From: Lama glama
Taxonomy: Eukaryota
DNA length: 64,000 bases
Assembly: GCA_028534125.1 (NCBI GenBank)
Contig: CM052816.1
Coordinates: forward strand, 25,360,001 to 25,424,000
Reading direction: 5' to 3'
A program made the translations under genes and the position numbers. Positions 60,551 to 64,000 of this stretch are shown piece after piece (position 1 is the first letter of the stretch; every line of letters starts with the position of its first letter). The notes beneath the pieces were generated by a model that had not been told where the DNA came from, ran no database searches, and was given only the letters and a program-made list of their open reading frames with translations.

Positions 60551-63500
60551 ACATTCAGGTAAGTAACTGTTGACATTCAAGAAGGGTACCTTCCCTCACT
60601 TAAAATTGGGGAAGTCCCAAGAGCCTTGGAATTCTTAAAAAATTCATGTAAGTTCAGTAGGAAATTTGGAATCCATTTTTAAGAAGTGCCTACTACTACA
60701 GAAAGAAATTTACCAGATGTCACTTCCAAGCAATAAATGGCACTAATATATTTTCAGTGGGGAAATACATTATTTATCCCCATAATCTTAAATGCTCTGG
60801 ATCCAAATTTATATTAGTCAGCAGGCAAAGCCTGGGTGTTGATTTCCTAGGCAGAACTTGAACAGATCCCCTTAATACTGCTTCTGAGGAAGATCTGGGC
60901 ATTCATGGGTGGCTGTACTCATATAAAGACAAGGAAGAATTCCTCTAAGAGTTTAAATAAGACCCGTATATAACCTACCCGTGATTTAGAATAAAAATGG
61001 TCCTATATACCATATACATATTTATACACATAGACACCTTTTTGTGTATGTAGGCCTGTGATGACCTGGCTTACAAAAATAAATTGCCAGTTTGCAGTTT
61101 TATTGTTTTACCTAGACTCAAATTTATGAACTCTATTGGGATTCCAGGTTAGACATCAGTGTAAAGATACTGTTCACAAAGTATCCTAATGGAAAAAAAT
61201 GGTCAAGATGGGTTCAGTATATTGATCTTCTTGAACCTCATTATAGCAAAGAGAACTAGAATTTGGAATTGAGATAGATGGAGAGAAATAGACAAGCTTT
61301 GTTAGATGTAAACAATCCCTTTCCCCTCGATTTTATCCTTTAGGGAAACAAACAGAAAAACTTCATTAAGTCAACATGAGTCTAGTTACAATAGTGCACA
61401 GTTCTAAGTAGCTCTGATTCCGTAGCAAAATTCACATCTACTGTTGTTTAATTAAAACATCACATGACTCAAACCAGTCCAGACAGTGGTGGTCTGTACT
61501 TTTCAAGTTAGTGAGCTTTTCCCTGTTGCTTGAGTGGGATTTAGATAGTGAAAACAGAATACCAAACAGTATAATTTCTATCTGCTCAGAATGTCCTTGT
61601 TTACACACATGCTCACGCACATACACACACACAGGCACCTACACAAACACATAAGTACGTGGAGATGACTTGAGATTGCTTCCCAAGTCATTTAGATAAT
61701 CAATAGCCAAAGCTTAAAATGTCAGAGTTAAGTGAAGAAAGCCAAGCAGATGGAGGTCTGTTACCATTGTAGCAGTCAGGAAACCACAGAGGAGTAACAG
61801 ACTTCCATGCAGTTTGTGAAAATTGGAAAGAGAAACTTATTTTTTTACTAGAAACCCAAAAGTTACAAAACATGCAACCTCAGCTTAATTCTGAATAAAT
61901 CTTCTGATAACTCCACTTTTATGATCCTCTTGGAGATAGATTTCACACTGTAAATCACACTAAAATCTGCTCTACCAAACTGCACCACACACTCTGACTT
62001 ACCCTGCTGAAAATTAGAATAAAGGCTTTCTGTTACATCACTGAATCTATTTGAAACAAAACCCTTGTGAACTTAGGAAGGTCAAAAAGCAACAAGAGGT
62101 ATAACAAAGGAAAGCTTGGGTGAACTTTCCTGAACTTCAGAGATATTCCAATTTGGTCTATAATTACCCGTGAGAAAGAGAATCAGATTTTTATCTTGCC
62201 CTCCATCAAGACAAAGCAAAGTACATGTGCACTGATTTGGACACAATTTACCTGGGCCTAAGACTAACCCCATGGCTTGACCACAGCAGGCACATGTAAA
62301 GGTACTGAATGGAGTATAACTTTTACTCCAGTTCCCCACAGTTCTATGTCAGTTGCTGCTTTAATTAGCTACATAGAACTGGTATCAATATCAAATAAGC
62401 CTGAAAATCCAGAGCATTCTTTTGCTGTCTTTTGTTCTGTTTTATGGAGGAGCACATATTTGAGGATAAGTGCTAGGCATTAGGTTCTGTGTACAGATTA
62501 TGTACTAGGAGTCTGGACCTTAAGAAATGTACCAACTACTGATGAGGTCTTTTTCAAGTGCTAAATTAGCAGTAAGGTCAGTTCTTGGAAACTTTGGTGG
62601 GACACTTCACCACAGATGATCACTCTTCCGCAAGATGCCCACTGGTGATCCCCTGAAGAATCTGATTCACTGTCTCTCTTTTGTGTACAGGTTTAATACA
62701 CTGATTTTATGACAAATAACAAAGAAGTCCCAAACATTATTTGTTAGATGTATGAAATAATTATATTATACTATTGGGGGAAAGACACTGTTGTTTTTAA
62801 TCCTGGTTTTCAAGTCAACAGAAGAGTCCCTTCTCTGTCAGGAAGAAAAAAAGACTGTTTACTTCCAACTACAGCTAAGTGTTTCTGATTCAGTGGTTAT
62901 GCTTTTCCCTGAGGCAAATTTGAGATGACTCACAGTTAACCCACTGCAAAATTACACCCTGTTTAAACAGGGAAAAAAATCTGTATTTGGGAACAAAAGT
63001 GGCAAATTTTTACAAATATTAATGAATTAAACTTAAATATAAATATTTGAGATGTTGGAATAAAATGAACAAATAGTATTTTGCATATTTATTTTATGTG
63101 GTACCCCAGTTAAGACTGAATTTCTTCAAGTATGAGATGTTGTTATTAAGGTTTCTCATTTTTCATTTCCAAAGCCATTGTTACATTGGTGATTTTTCGT
63201 TCTTTGACTATTGAATTATTTTAATCTATGAGATGTTTGCTGAGGCAGATAATAGGAGGTGTATGATGTTACCAAAAATAAATAAATAAACCCATATTCT
63301 TGTATATAAATGCATACTAAGTTTACAAAGTTGGGGATTTTTGTTCATTAATACTTTCATATAGTAGATGTTAGGATCAAGCCTGGAATTTCAAAGAGAT
63401 CTGTTTTTACCAATTCTTTTTTTAAGCTGTCATGTGTCCTAAATCATGAAAAATAAGTGTAGATAGGTTTGTTATTAGTTTCGTCAAATGCCTCCCTTTT

Positions 63501-63654
63501 CCTGCCTGAACCACCTGTTATCTTTGAAGGAAGTATCACGAGCTGGGGGAGGAAACCCTCTGATAAGAGCATTAGGCTCTCTTTTAACTCTTTCTAGAAT
63601 TCAAATGTTAGTGTACATTTGAGGCCTTAACTACTGTATGCCTTTGACATAATA

Positions 63655-63930
63655 ATTATAATAATTAAATCTGTTGAATGTTTACTAGCTGCCAGGCCTG
63701 TGACCAAGTTTATGGCAGGCATTTGTTTTTATTATAGGCATTCATTTCATTTAATCTTCACATCGCAGCCAGGTGTAGTTACTATTACAAACGTTATTTT
63801 ACAGTTGAAGAAAGTGAAGCTTAAAGAGGTTAAGGAACTTGCCAGGAAATCACGCAACCAGTAAGTGGCACAGCATTTGTTGGAACCCTGAGTGGGCTGA
63901 TTCAGAGCCTTTGTTCTTAACCTGCATAAT
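63655..63930 (-). mobile_element. MIR SINE, near full length
   Basis: 'tttcatttaatcttcaca...attttacagttgaagaaagtgaagcttaaagaggttaaggaacttgcc...cagtaagtggcacag...gattcagagcctttgttcttaacc'. Confidence 0.9.
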
Positions 63931-64000
63931 ATCCTTCTTAAGAAAACAATTTCTTACTAATAACAAGAGGGGGAAAATACTATACCTGTCCAATAAGAAA

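Noticed and set aside
2..62483. The six-frame ORFs (60-121 aa) as protein-coding genes
   Set aside because: All are short, many start at TTG/GTG, I recognise no domain, and many lie inside decayed LTR, L1 or L2 sequence (e.g. 8014-8241, 14095-14397, 24261-24587, 55154-55492).

Overview
This is AT-rich, CpG-depleted mammalian non-coding DNA (gene desert or very large intron). I recognise no protein-coding gene, RNA gene, CpG island or CRISPR array. The listed ORFs are short and fall in decayed repeats or random sequence. Old eutherian interspersed repeats dominate (MIR, L2, L1M, MLT1 and LTR33 solo LTRs, and Tigger2-, Charlie4a-, MER5-, MER53- and MER63-like DNA elements), often nested. One young tRNA-derived SINE with a perfect 15-bp TSD (54668-54813) resembles the camelid Vic-1 family. 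Two ultra-short L1 3' tails of one family (10170-10201, 33218-33265) are also present. No Alu, Bov, PRE, ERE or Can-SINE was seen, so the host is probably a camelid (inference). Between the repeats are TE-free blocks with developmental TF motif clusters (candidate enhancers), two striking inverted repeats, a 26-bp CCAAT minisatellite, and minus-strand splice and polyA signals that could outline an unannotated spliced transcript. I cannot support a claim of a new biological system. Subfamily names come from remembered consensus sequences, and boundaries without TSDs are approximate.
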